DNA from: Candidatus Cloacimonadales bacterium
GTDB taxonomy: Bacteria; Cloacimonadota; Cloacimonadia; Cloacimonadales; JAFGVF01
Assembly (NCBI GenBank): GCA_963662585.1
Contig: OY759729.1
Span: forward strand, 2,048,001-2,112,000
Length of the DNA stretch: 64,000 nt
Direction of reading: 5' to 3'
Below are positions 53,837 through 63,918 of this stretch, one piece after another. The translations under genes were made by a program, and so were the position numbers. The notes below the pieces were generated by a model. The model was not told the origin of the DNA and did not search any database. It saw only the letters and a program-made list of their open reading frames with translations. The stretch's first letter is position 1. Each line of letters starts with the position of its first letter.

Positions 53837-55363
53837 ATGAATAAAATATTGATTGATGGTAATAACCTTACCTTAGAGAATGTCTGGGAAGTAGCTCATA
53901 ATAAAACAGAAATAGCACTTACAGAAGAGAGTAAGGCAAGAGTTATAAAATGCCGTAATTATGTAGATAAGATAATTTCAGAAGGCAGAATTGTTTATGG
54001 ATTAACAACAGGTTTTGGAAAATTTTCTACAATAACCATCGCTCAAGAAGATATTGCAGAATTACAAGAGAACTTGATTCTTAGTCATGCAACAGGTGTT
54101 GGTGAATTTTTCTCAATACCGGAAGCAAGAGCAATTATGTTACTCAGAATCTGTGTTTTAGCAAAAGGTCATTCAGGCATAAGATTATCTACTCTAGAAG
54201 CATTAATAGAAATGCTTAACAAAGATGTTACTCCTTGTATTCCTGAAAAGGGTTCAGTTGGTGCAAGTGGAGATTTAGCTCCTCTTTCTCATTTAGCTTT
54301 AGTCTTATTAGGCAAAGGTGAATCATATTATAAAGGTGAAAAGATGAGTGGTGCAGAAGCAATGGAAAAAGCAGGTATTACACCAGTTAAACTAGTTGCT
54401 AAAGAAGGTCTTGCTCTAAATAATGGTACACAAGTAATGACTGCTGTAGGAGCTTTAGCTTATATCAGAGCATTAAGATTATGCAGAGTAGCAGATATCG
54501 CCCATGCAGCTTCTTTGGATGCTTATTTAGGTACTACTGATGCCTTTGATCCATTAATTCATCAAGTTAGACCTCATGCAGGTCAATTAGCTTCATCAGA
54601 AAATATTTTAGCATTACTCGAAGGTAGTAAATTAAGAGATTCACATAAAGATTGTGAGAATGTTCAAGATCCATACAGTATGAGATGTGGAGCACAAGTT
54701 CATGGAGCAGTCAGAGAAGCTTTAAGTTATGTTAAAAGAGTTTTAGATGTTGAGATAAATTCAGCTACTGATAATCCTCTTATTTTCCCTGATCAAGATA
54801 GAGTAATCTCGGGCGGAAACTTTCATGGAGAACCAGTTGCAATAGCTTTAGATACCCTTGGAATTGCTACAGCTGAATTAGCTAATATTTCAGAACGCAG
54901 AATGGAGCAATTATTTAATCCTGCACAATCTCGTGGTTTAAAAGCTTTCTTAGCTCCTCGTCCAGGAATAGATTCTGGTTTCATGATAGCTCAGTTAACA
55001 GCAGCTTCTTTAGTTTCTGAAAACAAAGTGCTAGCTCACCCTGCATCTGTAGATTCAATTCCTACTTCTGCATTGCAAGAAGACCATGTTTCTATGGGTA
55101 CAATCAGTGCTGTAAAAGCTAGAACTATCATTGATAACTGTGAACATGTCTTATCTATTGAGTTAATGGCTAACTGCCAAGCTTTAGATGATAGAAAAAT
55201 TGAAAGTTCAAAACCAATTGAAGCTATTAAAGCAGAGATTCGTTCTTTCGTTAAATATATAGATAGAGATAGAATTATTTATCCTGATATGAGAAATATG
55301 AAAGAGTTTGTTAGTTCTTTCCGTCCAATAGAAATTGTTTCTCAATTTTTAACTTTAAATTAA
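53837..55363 (+). CDS. hutH: Histidine ammonia-lyase
   Basis: Motifs YGLTTGFG, NLILSHA, GSVGASGDLAPL (ASG forms MIO), KEGLALNNGT, QDPYSMRC, SGGNFHG and QEDHVSMG. Confidence 0.96.
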   Translation: MNKILIDGNNLTLENVWEVAHNKTEIALTEESKARVIKCRNYVDKIISEGRIVYGLTTGFGKFSTITIAQEDIAELQENLILSHATGVGEFFSIPEARAIMLLRICVLAKGHSGIRLSTLEALIEMLNKDVTPCIPEKGSVGASGDLAPLSHLALVLLGKGESYYKGEKMSGAEAMEKAGITPVKLVAKEGLALNNGTQVMTAVGALAYIRALRLCRVADIAHAASLDAYLGTTDAFDPLIHQVRPHAGQLASSENILALLEGSKLRDSHKDCENVQDPYSMRCGAQVHGAVREALSYVKRVLDVEINSATDNPLIFPDQDRVISGGNFHGEPVAIALDTLGIATAELANISERRMEQLFNPAQSRGLKAFLAPRPGIDSGFMIAQLTAASLVSENKVLAHPASVDSIPTSALQEDHVSMGTISAVKARTIIDNCEHVLSIELMANCQALDDRKIESSKPIEAIKAEIRSFVKYIDRDRIIYPDMRNMKEFVSSFRPIEIVSQFLTLN

Positions 55364-55375
55364 ATTTAACAACAC

Positions 55376-55409
55376 GCGGTTGGTAGCTTATGCTTATCAA
55401 CCGCCTTTT
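55376..55409 (+). terminator. Intrinsic terminator after hutH
   Basis: GCGGTTGGTA...TATCAACCGC followed by CTTTT. Confidence 0.6.
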
Positions 55410-55442
55410 ACTAGCTATCAGCTATTTTATTAGGGAGAAAAC

Positions 55443-57611
55443 ATGAAGAAAAGCTTCATTCTGCTATCATTATTGCTTGTTCTTATAATGTTGGGAAGTT
55501 GTGCATATTACAATACTTTTTATAATGCCAAAGAACTTTTTGAGCAAGCAAGTTCAAAAGATTTAGAGTCGTCAGGTCGAGCAAGTAGAGCTGCACAGCA
55601 AGAATTTAATGAAGTAATTAAAAAGTGTACTTCCCTTTTAGAGTTTTATCCTAATAGTAAATATGTTGATGACGCTATTTATCTTATGGCACTTAGTTTT
55701 TATAAGAAGGGGGGAAGTACAACCCAAGTCTTTGAACAGTGTGATAAACTTATTCAATATTTCCCTAATAGTGAATTCTATACTGATGCAGTAATTTTAA
55801 AAGCTCAAACAAATCGTGACTTGAGTAAAGTAAATGAGGCTTACTCTCTTTTAGAACAAGAGATTCTTAGTCCACGCAATCAGGATGAAGAAGCAAAAGT
55901 ACTGCTCAAAATTGCAGACTTTTATACTGAAGATAATGAATATGAACGAGCTAGATTTTATCTAAATATAATAATCGATGAACATAAAGCAACTAATGAA
56001 TTTAAACAAGCATCTTATTATATAGGCTTGAACTACTATGCAGATAAGAATTATCAAGAAGCAATAAAATCATTAGAGAAATTCTTAAAAATCAGAAACG
56101 ATCGTGAGATAAAATATGATGCTAGGTATTATATTGCTCTTTCTAACTATCATTTAGAAAACTATGCACTTTCTTTGAAACAAGTAAAGAAGCTTTATGA
56201 AGATGAATATAGAAAAGATGAAAAAAATAAAGTTACTGTTTTGCAAGGGAAAATACTTTTAGCTTCAGGAGAAGAAGATGAAGGGATTGAGATATTAAAC
56301 TCCTTAATTGATGGTAATCAGAGAGGGAAATATAGTGCAGAGACAAATTATGTTTTAGGAGAATATTATCTCACTAATACTGATAGCTTGCGTTTAGCTA
56401 TCGAACATTTTAACAATGTCAAAAAAGCTGATAGCAATTCTGAATTTGTAGAAAATTCTGTTGCTAAGAGCTCTGTAGCTAGTCAAATTCAATTATTCCG
56501 AGACAATGATTCTCAACTAGAACCAAAGCAATTAGTAAATGAACAGTTCAAATTAGCTGAATATTATCTTGATATTATGCAACTTCCAGACTCAGCTCTT
56601 GTTGTCTATGATAATATTATCAGTAATAAGGGAAAATTCTTACTTTTAAAAGATACTCTTAATACTAAGATGGATTCCCTGCAAGTTTCACTTGGAAACT
56701 TATCTCGTCGTACAAAATCAATGAATAGAGATATTGATAGTCTAAGAACACTTGTTCTGAATACCAATACTCTTGCTGATTCCTTAACTGTAGATTCACT
56801 AAAGACGCAAGATCTTAATGGAGACAGAATGCTAGTCTTGGAGAGTCAACTTGACACTCTTAATACTCAATTAGATTTACTCCGAAGAGATTCTTTAACA
56901 GTTTCCACTCGCTTAAAGAATATCTCTGAAGTTTTAGTTTCTTTCGATGAAGAATATATTCCTTTTGCTAGTTTTATTAAAGCTTATCTCTACATAGATG
57001 TCTATAAAGAGCCTACTTATGCTCATGACATTTTAGCTTTCCTCCAAGAGAATTACCCAAATTCTAAATACACCTATACTATTGAAAACTACCTAGCAAA
57101 TGGAACTCTAAAATTAACTACTAGGCAAAAAGAGATTTCTTTAAAACTATATGAAAAAGCTACTAATAATATATTGGATGACTCTGATTCTACTATAGTC
57201 CTTTTGGAAGCAATCTTAGATACCTTGGAAACAGATGAATTAATAAAAGCTAAAATGGCATTAGGCTATCTAAACTACTCTCGAGATGATACTCTTTCTG
57301 CTAGAAGATATTTTGAAGATTTAGCAAATAATTATCAGCTTTCAGAAGCTCAAAGTGCTTGGGTTTCAATATTCTTTTCCGAAAATAAGATTAATAAATT
57401 GGAATCTTTAGAATTTGCTATTACTGATATTGAAGAGAGATTAGAAGAAGAAACAGAAAGAGATTCCTTGATTAATGATGATGCTCAGGCCAGATTAGAA
57501 GAAGAGTTAAAGAAAGAGAAGGAAAAAGAAGAAATGAAAGAACAAGAGAATTTAAAAGATTCTTTTGAAATCTCCCCTCCTTCAGCACCTAGAGGAGCTG
57601 TAGATAAATAA
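55443..57611 (+). CDS. Large TPR lipoprotein
   Basis: Lipobox LGSC then AYYNTFYNA, YPNSKYVDDA, many TPR pairs, a central coiled-coil-like insert and an acidic tail. Confidence 0.8.
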   Translation: MKKSFILLSLLLVLIMLGSCAYYNTFYNAKELFEQASSKDLESSGRASRAAQQEFNEVIKKCTSLLEFYPNSKYVDDAIYLMALSFYKKGGSTTQVFEQCDKLIQYFPNSEFYTDAVILKAQTNRDLSKVNEAYSLLEQEILSPRNQDEEAKVLLKIADFYTEDNEYERARFYLNIIIDEHKATNEFKQASYYIGLNYYADKNYQEAIKSLEKFLKIRNDREIKYDARYYIALSNYHLENYALSLKQVKKLYEDEYRKDEKNKVTVLQGKILLASGEEDEGIEILNSLIDGNQRGKYSAETNYVLGEYYLTNTDSLRLAIEHFNNVKKADSNSEFVENSVAKSSVASQIQLFRDNDSQLEPKQLVNEQFKLAEYYLDIMQLPDSALVVYDNIISNKGKFLLLKDTLNTKMDSLQVSLGNLSRRTKSMNRDIDSLRTLVLNTNTLADSLTVDSLKTQDLNGDRMLVLESQLDTLNTQLDLLRRDSLTVSTRLKNISEVLVSFDEEYIPFASFIKAYLYIDVYKEPTYAHDILAFLQENYPNSKYTYTIENYLANGTLKLTTRQKEISLKLYEKATNNILDDSDSTIVLLEAILDTLETDELIKAKMALGYLNYSRDDTLSARRYFEDLANNYQLSEAQSAWVSIFFSENKINKLESLEFAITDIEERLEEETERDSLINDDAQARLEEELKKEKEKEEMKEQENLKDSFEISPPSAPRGAVDK

Positions 57612-58315
57612 TGGCAGTAAGCTCTCAACACGACACTTTCTCTTTTAGAATTAATATTTTTATCAAAATTCTGTTAATAATAACTTTTATTATGGTAATA
57701 AATGGAGAGTCATACTTTATCTCAGGAATTGCTTTAGTTGGACTTCTAACCCTACTCCTTAAAGGTAAGATTAGAAATGGTTGGCTAAAACTAGTTTCCA
57801 AACTATCCTTTGTAATGATAGGCTATATTGCCTTAGATTTTATCTTTACAAATGACATTGAATCAGCCCTGACTTTTGTTGGAAAACTTCTCTGTTATTT
57901 ACTTTTATTAGTTTGGCTCAAAGAGAGTACATCTATGAAAACCTACTTATCAGATGTTTATTCAGCAACATTTATCTTTGGTGTTAATCTAATATCACGC
58001 AAAGTAGACTCATTTTTTCACTATTTCAACTTCTATTTAATTGCTACAATGAAACTTGTTAATAAATTTGTAGAGAGTTACGATCAGCTATTCCCTCAGA
58101 GAAGTTCTTTTATTAACCTTTTTCTTCAGGTTTTCTTAAATACAATGATGAGAATACCTGAAACTAAATTAGAGACTAATGCTGAAATGTCTGTTATTAA
58201 CTATCGAAATTTTGATTGGAAAGCTAATATACCAATAATGGTGATAATTCTTCTTTTAGGATTTCTCTATTGGTCAAACTGTGAGGAATTATGCAGAAGT
58301 TTCTTCTTAAGATAG
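57611..58315 (+). CDS. Hypothetical integral membrane protein
   Basis: Several hydrophobic segments; overlaps both neighbouring genes. Confidence 0.65.
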   Translation: MAVSSQHDTFSFRINIFIKILLIITFIMVINGESYFISGIALVGLLTLLLKGKIRNGWLKLVSKLSFVMIGYIALDFIFTNDIESALTFVGKLLCYLLLLVWLKESTSMKTYLSDVYSATFIFGVNLISRKVDSFFHYFNFYLIATMKLVNKFVESYDQLFPQRSSFINLFLQVFLNTMMRIPETKLETNAEMSVINYRNFDWKANIPIMVIILLLGFLYWSNCEELCRSFFLR

Positions 58316-59070
58316 CCTATGATGGATCTTGTTACCATGGTTGGCAGAATCAGCCAAATGGCATTTCTGTTCAAGAAGTTTTAGAAACAGCCTTAACTAA
58401 AATAGCTAAAACTAATATAGCTATTGTCGGTTCAGGAAGAACAGATACTGGTGTACATGCTTTAGCTCAGTATGCACATCTTTACTTTCCTCTAAATATG
58501 ACAACTAAGCAGATTAGATTAGCCCTTCGTACTAAGCTTCCAGATTCAGTTAGAGTTACTGAAGTGCACCTTATAAATGATAATCTTCACGCTAGATTTA
58601 CAGCATCAAAGAGAAGTTATAAATATATCCTTACTAAAGCAAAGAATCCTTTCAACAGACTCTATAAGAGTTTCGTTCCCTATCAAAAGTTAGATATTGA
58701 AAAGATGAAAAAAGTGATTCCTTTTCTGCTCGGAGAACATGACTTTGCCTCTTTCTGTAAGCCTAATCCCCAAATCCCCAACACAGTATGCAATCTTACT
58801 CAGTTTGATCTTATAGAAGACGATAAGGATATTATCTTTTATATTAGTGCTAACAGATTTTTGCATAATATGGTTAGACGCTTAGTGGGAACTTTAATCT
58901 CTTTTTCTCATCATGATTATGAGCCTAGTATGGTAAAAGATTTATTAGAAGCTAAAGAAGGTAATCAAAATATTATCTTTACTGCCCCACCTAACGGTCT
59001 CTATTTATATAATGTTGAATATCCTGATTTTGAGAAACTTGTTTTGGAATCTTCAATCGAGGAGATATAA
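58291..59070 (+). CDS. truA: tRNA pseudouridine(38-40) synthase
   Basis: Motifs IAYDGS.YHGWQ.Q, GSGRTDTGVHA, HARF, GEHDFASF, FLHNMVR and APPNGLYL. Confidence 0.96.
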   Translation: MQKFLLKIAYDGSCYHGWQNQPNGISVQEVLETALTKIAKTNIAIVGSGRTDTGVHALAQYAHLYFPLNMTTKQIRLALRTKLPDSVRVTEVHLINDNLHARFTASKRSYKYILTKAKNPFNRLYKSFVPYQKLDIEKMKKVIPFLLGEHDFASFCKPNPQIPNTVCNLTQFDLIEDDKDIIFYISANRFLHNMVRRLVGTLISFSHHDYEPSMVKDLLEAKEGNQNIIFTAPPNGLYLYNVEYPDFEKLVLESSIEEI

Positions 59071-59828
59071 TGAAGAAGATGAACTATTTTATGACTATTG
59101 CAGCTTCAGATAATTCTGGAGGAGCAGGAATTCAACAAGACCTAAAAGTCGCAGATAGATTAGGTTTTTGGGGACTCTCTGTTCTAACAGGAATTACAGT
59201 GCAAGACTTTTCAGGTTTAGATGCCATCTATCCTCTTCCCTTAGATTTAATCAAAGAGCAGTTCCTTAAAAATATTAATTCTTTCAAAATCGATGTTATC
59301 AAAATAGGTGCGCTCTGTTCTCCAGAAATTACAGAAGTTATCACTAAGCTACTCCAAGAACATTACCAAGGAATTGTTGTTATTGATCCAGTTCTTGCTC
59401 CTACAAAAGGAAAGTCCTTCATCTCTAGTTCAGATATAGATGTTTATAAAAATCTTCTTAAACAAGCTACTTTCCTTACACCTAACAAAAGTGAATTAGA
59501 GCAACTTACTCAAGGGAAAGCTACTTCCTACCTTGAAGCGATTAACCTTGCCCATGAATTAGTTAGGCAAACTAAATGTAATATTTATATTAAAGGTGGA
59601 CACTTTACTTCTCCACAATCTGATGAAATAAAAGAGTATCTTGTTACTGCAGATAGTCAAATGTTATTTACTAAAGCCAAAGGAATTTTTACCTATTCAC
59701 ATGGAACAGGTTGTTTCTTTGCTTCAGCTTTAGCCTGCTACTTAGTTAAATACTCCAATGTAGAAAAAGCTTGCAAGATGGCTACAGAAGAAGTATCATT
59801 ATTCTATTCTGATATTAACAAGAATTAG
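59070..59828 (+). CDS. thiD: Hydroxymethylpyrimidine/phosphomethylpyrimidine kinase
   Basis: Motifs TIAASDNSGGAGIQQD, IKIG, VIDPV, TPN..E, IKGGH and HGTGC. Confidence 0.85.
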   Translation: MKKMNYFMTIAASDNSGGAGIQQDLKVADRLGFWGLSVLTGITVQDFSGLDAIYPLPLDLIKEQFLKNINSFKIDVIKIGALCSPEITEVITKLLQEHYQGIVVIDPVLAPTKGKSFISSSDIDVYKNLLKQATFLTPNKSELEQLTQGKATSYLEAINLAHELVRQTKCNIYIKGGHFTSPQSDEIKEYLVTADSQMLFTKAKGIFTYSHGTGCFFASALACYLVKYSNVEKACKMATEEVSLFYSDINKN

Positions 59829-60577
59829 CTTTTAACTTTCAATTCACTCTTGGGTATATGTATTTCAATAACTCCTGAAGAATAAGGTGCAATAGAGTAT
59901 GGTTGGAAAGTAAGTAATAATCCCTCATTAGTGAAGTTCCAAACATTAAATAAATCTGGGGATGCTTTTATCATATTATCAAAGATGGGAATATTATTCT
60001 TCAGACAATAATTTGTGCAATATTCTGCAATTTTATCAACATTCAAGTTCGGGAACTTTTCAGCTAATTTATATCCTTTTAAGTTCTTGAGGTCTATGTT
60101 AAAGCTTTTTACTGTTGTATTACCGTGAGCCCCGCCAGTATATTCATAAGCTGTTAACTTCAAGGCAAGTTCAGTCTGAGATTGATAAACAATTTCGAAA
60201 TTCCATTTCTGTATATAGCTAAAATTCTGATAATACTCATCTTTAACTTTATCTCGGTTGTAGAAAGAATCTATAAATTGCTTAATTCTGGAACTTCTAT
60301 AATCTGTAATTCTCTTGATTGCAAATACTTTTTCAGCATCTGACATTAAAGGAAATTGAATTGTTTGAACAAATATGGTGTCTTGAGAATTTACTTTAAT
60401 ATACTCATCATTAAGCAAGACCTTTTTAGCTACTGAAGTTGGAACTGGATTTTGAATAGCTCTTTTAGGAACTGTAGCCAGTCTAGATTGATTATTTACC
60501 CCTTGCTGTCCATTAATTTCACTAATATACCCTACTAACATTAAACTTAGAACTAAAATTTTAATAACTTTAAGCAT
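59825..60577 (-). CDS. Exported DUF3298/DUF4163-like (RsiV/PdaC-like) protein
   Basis: Signal peptide, YEYTGGAHG and FQPYSIAPYSSG. Confidence 0.75.
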   Translation of the reverse strand: MLKVIKILVLSLMLVGYISEINGQQGVNNQSRLATVPKRAIQNPVPTSVAKKVLLNDEYIKVNSQDTIFVQTIQFPLMSDAEKVFAIKRITDYRSSRIKQFIDSFYNRDKVKDEYYQNFSYIQKWNFEIVYQSQTELALKLTAYEYTGGAHGNTTVKSFNIDLKNLKGYKLAEKFPNLNVDKIAEYCTNYCLKNNIPIFDNMIKASPDLFNVWNFTNEGLLLTFQPYSIAPYSSGVIEIHIPKSELKVKS

Positions 60578-60898
60578 TATACTTTCCCTTTTTTTAAATA
60601 TATCTTTTTATTTAAATATAATAATATATTTATTCTTTTTGTCCAGCTCAAAATTATTTAATATTATAGTAATTATAATTTCAAAGAATCTGACCCCTTT
60701 TTAAAAGACTTTTATTCCTTCAATGCAATTCTCAAAAATCATTGAAGGGATGAGTTTTGATAAATAATGTCTTTTTTCTTGAGAAAGAAATACCTTGTTT
60801 CCGAAAAGAATTTTTAATAAATAAAAAAAAAAACTTAACGAAAATCATTTAATTAATTTAATGGTATTTAGAATTATATCGTAGAGAATGGAGAGAAT

Positions 60899-61840
60899 AT
60901 GAAATTAGTAATGGCTCCCTTGTTAGCTATAACTGATAATAAGTTCAGGAATATTTATCAAAAGCACTTCCCGTATTTTGATTATGCAATTGCCCCCTTT
61001 GTTAGTTTGACTGATGGTAATAAACTAACTAAAAGGGCTTTTATGGATTTACATCCGGTAGATCAAAAGATGAAGATTATTCCTCAATTGCTGAATCATA
61101 ACCAAGAATCATTTATCAATGCTTGTGAATTTCTCTACTTCTGGGGCTACCAAGAGATTAATCTCAATTTAGCTTGCCCCGCTAAAATAATTATGAGTAA
61201 AGGAAGAGGTTCAGGACTCTTAAATTATCCTGAACAAATCGATAGAATATTAAATAATATCTGTTCAAATTTAGATAAACAAGAATTGACTGTTAAAATT
61301 AGAGCTGGAAGATATCATCATTCTGAATTCCAAAATCTCATCCAAGTATTAAACCGTTACCCCTTGAAAGGGGTCATTATACATCCTAGAACTGCTGTTC
61401 AAATGTATGAAGATGAAGTAAATCTCGATGTTATAGCTGATGCTATTACTGACCTCTTAGCCCCTATTACCTATAGTGGTGATATCTTCACGATTAATGA
61501 TTTCTTAACACTACAAGAGAGATTTCCTACCATCAAAAGCTGGATGATAGGAAGAGGCATGCTGATGAATCCTTTCCTCCCTTGGTTTATCAGAGGTGGA
61601 AAAGAAAGTATTATTTGCAAGACTAAACTTTTAGAATGGTATCAAGATCTATTTCAGACCTTAGATCAGTACTCTAACAGTGATTTTTATGTCCTGGGAA
61701 GAATGAAAAATATCTGGAAGTACCTAGCTAACAGCTTTGACCAAAAAAATGAAATTATTTCTACTCTACTTCCTCTTTTAGATAAAGAGAAGTTCTTTGA
61801 GTTAAGTTATAATTATTTAAAAGAATACGAATTAAAATAA
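60899..61840 (+). CDS. tRNA-dihydrouridine synthase family protein
   Basis: Motifs LVMAPL, IPQLL, NLNLACP, GSGLL, TVKIR, HPRT, SGDI and MIGRG. Confidence 0.85.
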   Translation: MKLVMAPLLAITDNKFRNIYQKHFPYFDYAIAPFVSLTDGNKLTKRAFMDLHPVDQKMKIIPQLLNHNQESFINACEFLYFWGYQEINLNLACPAKIIMSKGRGSGLLNYPEQIDRILNNICSNLDKQELTVKIRAGRYHHSEFQNLIQVLNRYPLKGVIIHPRTAVQMYEDEVNLDVIADAITDLLAPITYSGDIFTINDFLTLQERFPTIKSWMIGRGMLMNPFLPWFIRGGKESIICKTKLLEWYQDLFQTLDQYSNSDFYVLGRMKNIWKYLANSFDQKNEIISTLLPLLDKEKFFELSYNYLKEYELK

Positions 61841-61853
61841 GGAATTATTATAA

Positions 61854-62996
61854 ATGTTTGAATATAGAAAAGAAAATAGATATTTTGCCCAAATCACTGG
61901 GTCTTTAGAATTAATGGTAAAAAAAGAACTTACCGAACTTGGCGCTACTGATATTGAGATATCCAAGAGTGGATGTCACTTCTCTGCCTCTGATAGAGCT
62001 CTTTATAAAATTATTTTGTTAGCAAAAACTCCACAAAGAATTCTAGCTCCTTTAGTAAAATTTGACTGCTTCTCTACCAAATATCTAGGAATTCTTTGTT
62101 ATAAAGATATCCATTGGTCTCAACTCTTTAGCGTAGATGAGAAATTCGGTATCATGACTAATGTCAAAGATAGTATCATTACCAATTCTCTTTATGCAGG
62201 GCAAGTTATGAAGGATTCTATCTGCCACCAATTTATCCTCAAAACTGAAAGGCGTCCTGATTTTAGTATTAAAGATGCTGACATCCTTTTTAACCTGCAT
62301 ATTGATAATAATAAGGCTACCATTAGTTTAGATCTTACAGGAAGCTCAATGCATAAAAGAGGATATAAGATTCAAAGTATTAAATCTTCTATTCAAGAGA
62401 CTATAGCTGCTGCCCTTGTAAGGGAAACTAACTGGGATGGAAAAACTAAACTTCTAGACTTTATGTGTGGCTCTGGAACTTTCCTCGGAGAAGCTATTCT
62501 GAATTACTGCCAATTTCCTAATGACCTGATTAAAACTAATAATCATCTTAAAAGGTTACCAAATTTTAATGAAAAACTCTGGAATGAAGTGAAAGATGAA
62601 GTTCAAAAGAACACTAAAATCTTACCTAAGAATTTAATTTTCGGTAGCGATAGCTCTCCTACAGCAGTAGTTGCGGCTAAAGCAAATCTGGCAAAAATAC
62701 ATTACGGTGACAGAGTGGTTGTTCAAGATAGGAACTTTAAATCTATTAATTTTGTGGCTGATTGCACAATTATTATTAACCCACCTTATGGGAACACCTA
62801 TGATGATCAAGATACTCTTTTAGAAACATATAGGGATATCGGGAAATTCTTTAAAGATAAATGTGAAAACTGCCAAGCTTTTGTGCTTGCAGGAGACCAA
62901 AAACTAGTTGATGCTATTGGACTTAAACCTGAGTGGCAAAAGAGTGTTAGAACTGGTCCAGTTAATAGTATCTTTGCTAAGTTTGTGCTGAGATAG
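61854..62996 (+). CDS. THUMP-domain SAM-dependent RNA methyltransferase (RlmL-like)
   Basis: THUMP region, SMHKRGY, ETIAAA, DFMCGSGTF and INPPYG. Confidence 0.85.
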   Translation: MFEYRKENRYFAQITGSLELMVKKELTELGATDIEISKSGCHFSASDRALYKIILLAKTPQRILAPLVKFDCFSTKYLGILCYKDIHWSQLFSVDEKFGIMTNVKDSIITNSLYAGQVMKDSICHQFILKTERRPDFSIKDADILFNLHIDNNKATISLDLTGSSMHKRGYKIQSIKSSIQETIAAALVRETNWDGKTKLLDFMCGSGTFLGEAILNYCQFPNDLIKTNNHLKRLPNFNEKLWNEVKDEVQKNTKILPKNLIFGSDSSPTAVVAAKANLAKIHYGDRVVVQDRNFKSINFVADCTIIINPPYGNTYDDQDTLLETYRDIGKFFKDKCENCQAFVLAGDQKLVDAIGLKPEWQKSVRTGPVNSIFAKFVLR

Positions 62997-63005
62997 CCTT
63001 TATCA

Positions 63006-63396
63006 TTCGCTCCTATAGGAGCGAAACCTTTTTTAGGGGTAACTTGTTTGCTACCAAGAAATAGCTCCTCTGGAGCTAAGACTCATCATGAGCTATTTGC
63101 TACCAAGAAATAGCTCCTCTGGAGCTAAGACTTACCAATGACCATCTGCTATCAAGAAACAGCTCCTCTGGAGCTAAGACTTACCAATGACCATCTGCTA
63201 CCAAGAAATAGCTCCGCTGGAGCATCGGAAAAGAACATCCAGTAACCCAAAATAAACCAAATATTTATATTTACTCCGTAGGAGTAGTTTTTTGGTAGTC
63301 GAAGATTGAACAGAAAACTTCTTCGCTCCGTAGGTGCGGTTTCTTGGTAGTACAAGATTGACCACCACATAAACCCCTTCGCTCCGTAGGTGCGAA
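63006..63396. repeat. REP-like hairpin array downstream of the transposase
   Basis: GCTA(C/T)CAAGAAA(T/C)AGCTCC(T/G)CTGGAGC at 63050, 63099, 63148 and 63197 (49-bp period). Inverted variants CTCCGTAGG.G...TTGGTAG at about 63273 and 63325, and hairpin-only copies at 63006 and 63378. Confidence 0.92.
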
Positions 63397-63401
63397 TTTA
63401 A

Positions 63402-63854
63402 TCAATCAAATAGATATTTTTTATCATATTCAACATCAAATTTATCCATAAAAGAGATATATTCCTCTTCAAACTTAAAGCGTTTGTGATGCATTGGTTG
63501 ATTAATAATATATTTACACACAGTATCAACCTGAGATTTTGAATACGAAAAACCACCACAACCCCTCTGCCAAGCAAATTTCCCAATGACTAGCCTTTTT
63601 TCATTTATCCATTTTGATGAACCTGCTTTAATGTCTCTTACCAAATCAGCAACAGTAAGATTTGGATTTAAACCAACCAAGATATGAATATGGTCAGGAT
63701 TGCAATAAATGGCGAGGGTTTTAGATTTTCGACTTGCTATTATTTTAGTGATATATTTTTCTACTTCATTTCTGATTGATTCTTTGATGATCCAACACCT
63801 TGATTCTGTGGAAAAAATAAGGTGAACAAACAACTGGGTATAGGTATTTGCCAT
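63402..63854 (-). mobile_element. tnpA: IS200/IS605-superfamily HUH (Y1) transposase, stand-alone, RAYT/TnpA-REP-like
   Basis: MANTYTQLFVHLIFST, HUH motif DHIH, IKAGSSKW, FAWQRG.GGFS and catalytic Tyr in YIINQ. No tnpB downstream; repeats on both sides; gagga RBS. Confidence 0.9.
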
Positions 63855-63918
63855 AACATCTCCTCTCTTGTTTTTCTATATTCCTATTATATTCAACAAT
63901 ATTTATAGATTAATCCTG

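Noticed and set aside
60716..60750. Hairpin TCCTTCAATG...CATTGAAGGG between divergent genes as a repeat family member
   Set aside because: It is a single copy in very AT-rich DNA with no similarity to the other modules, and no function can be supported.
63050..63225. CRISPR array
   Set aside because: The linkers are only about 15 bp and two are identical, the repeats also occur inverted and dispersed, no cas genes are present, and the adjacent gene is an HUH transposase.
62997..63401. tnpB/omegaRNA partner or coding ORF (63152-63370) next to the transposase
   Set aside because: The interval is filled with hairpin repeats and has no RuvC or Zn-finger coding capacity.
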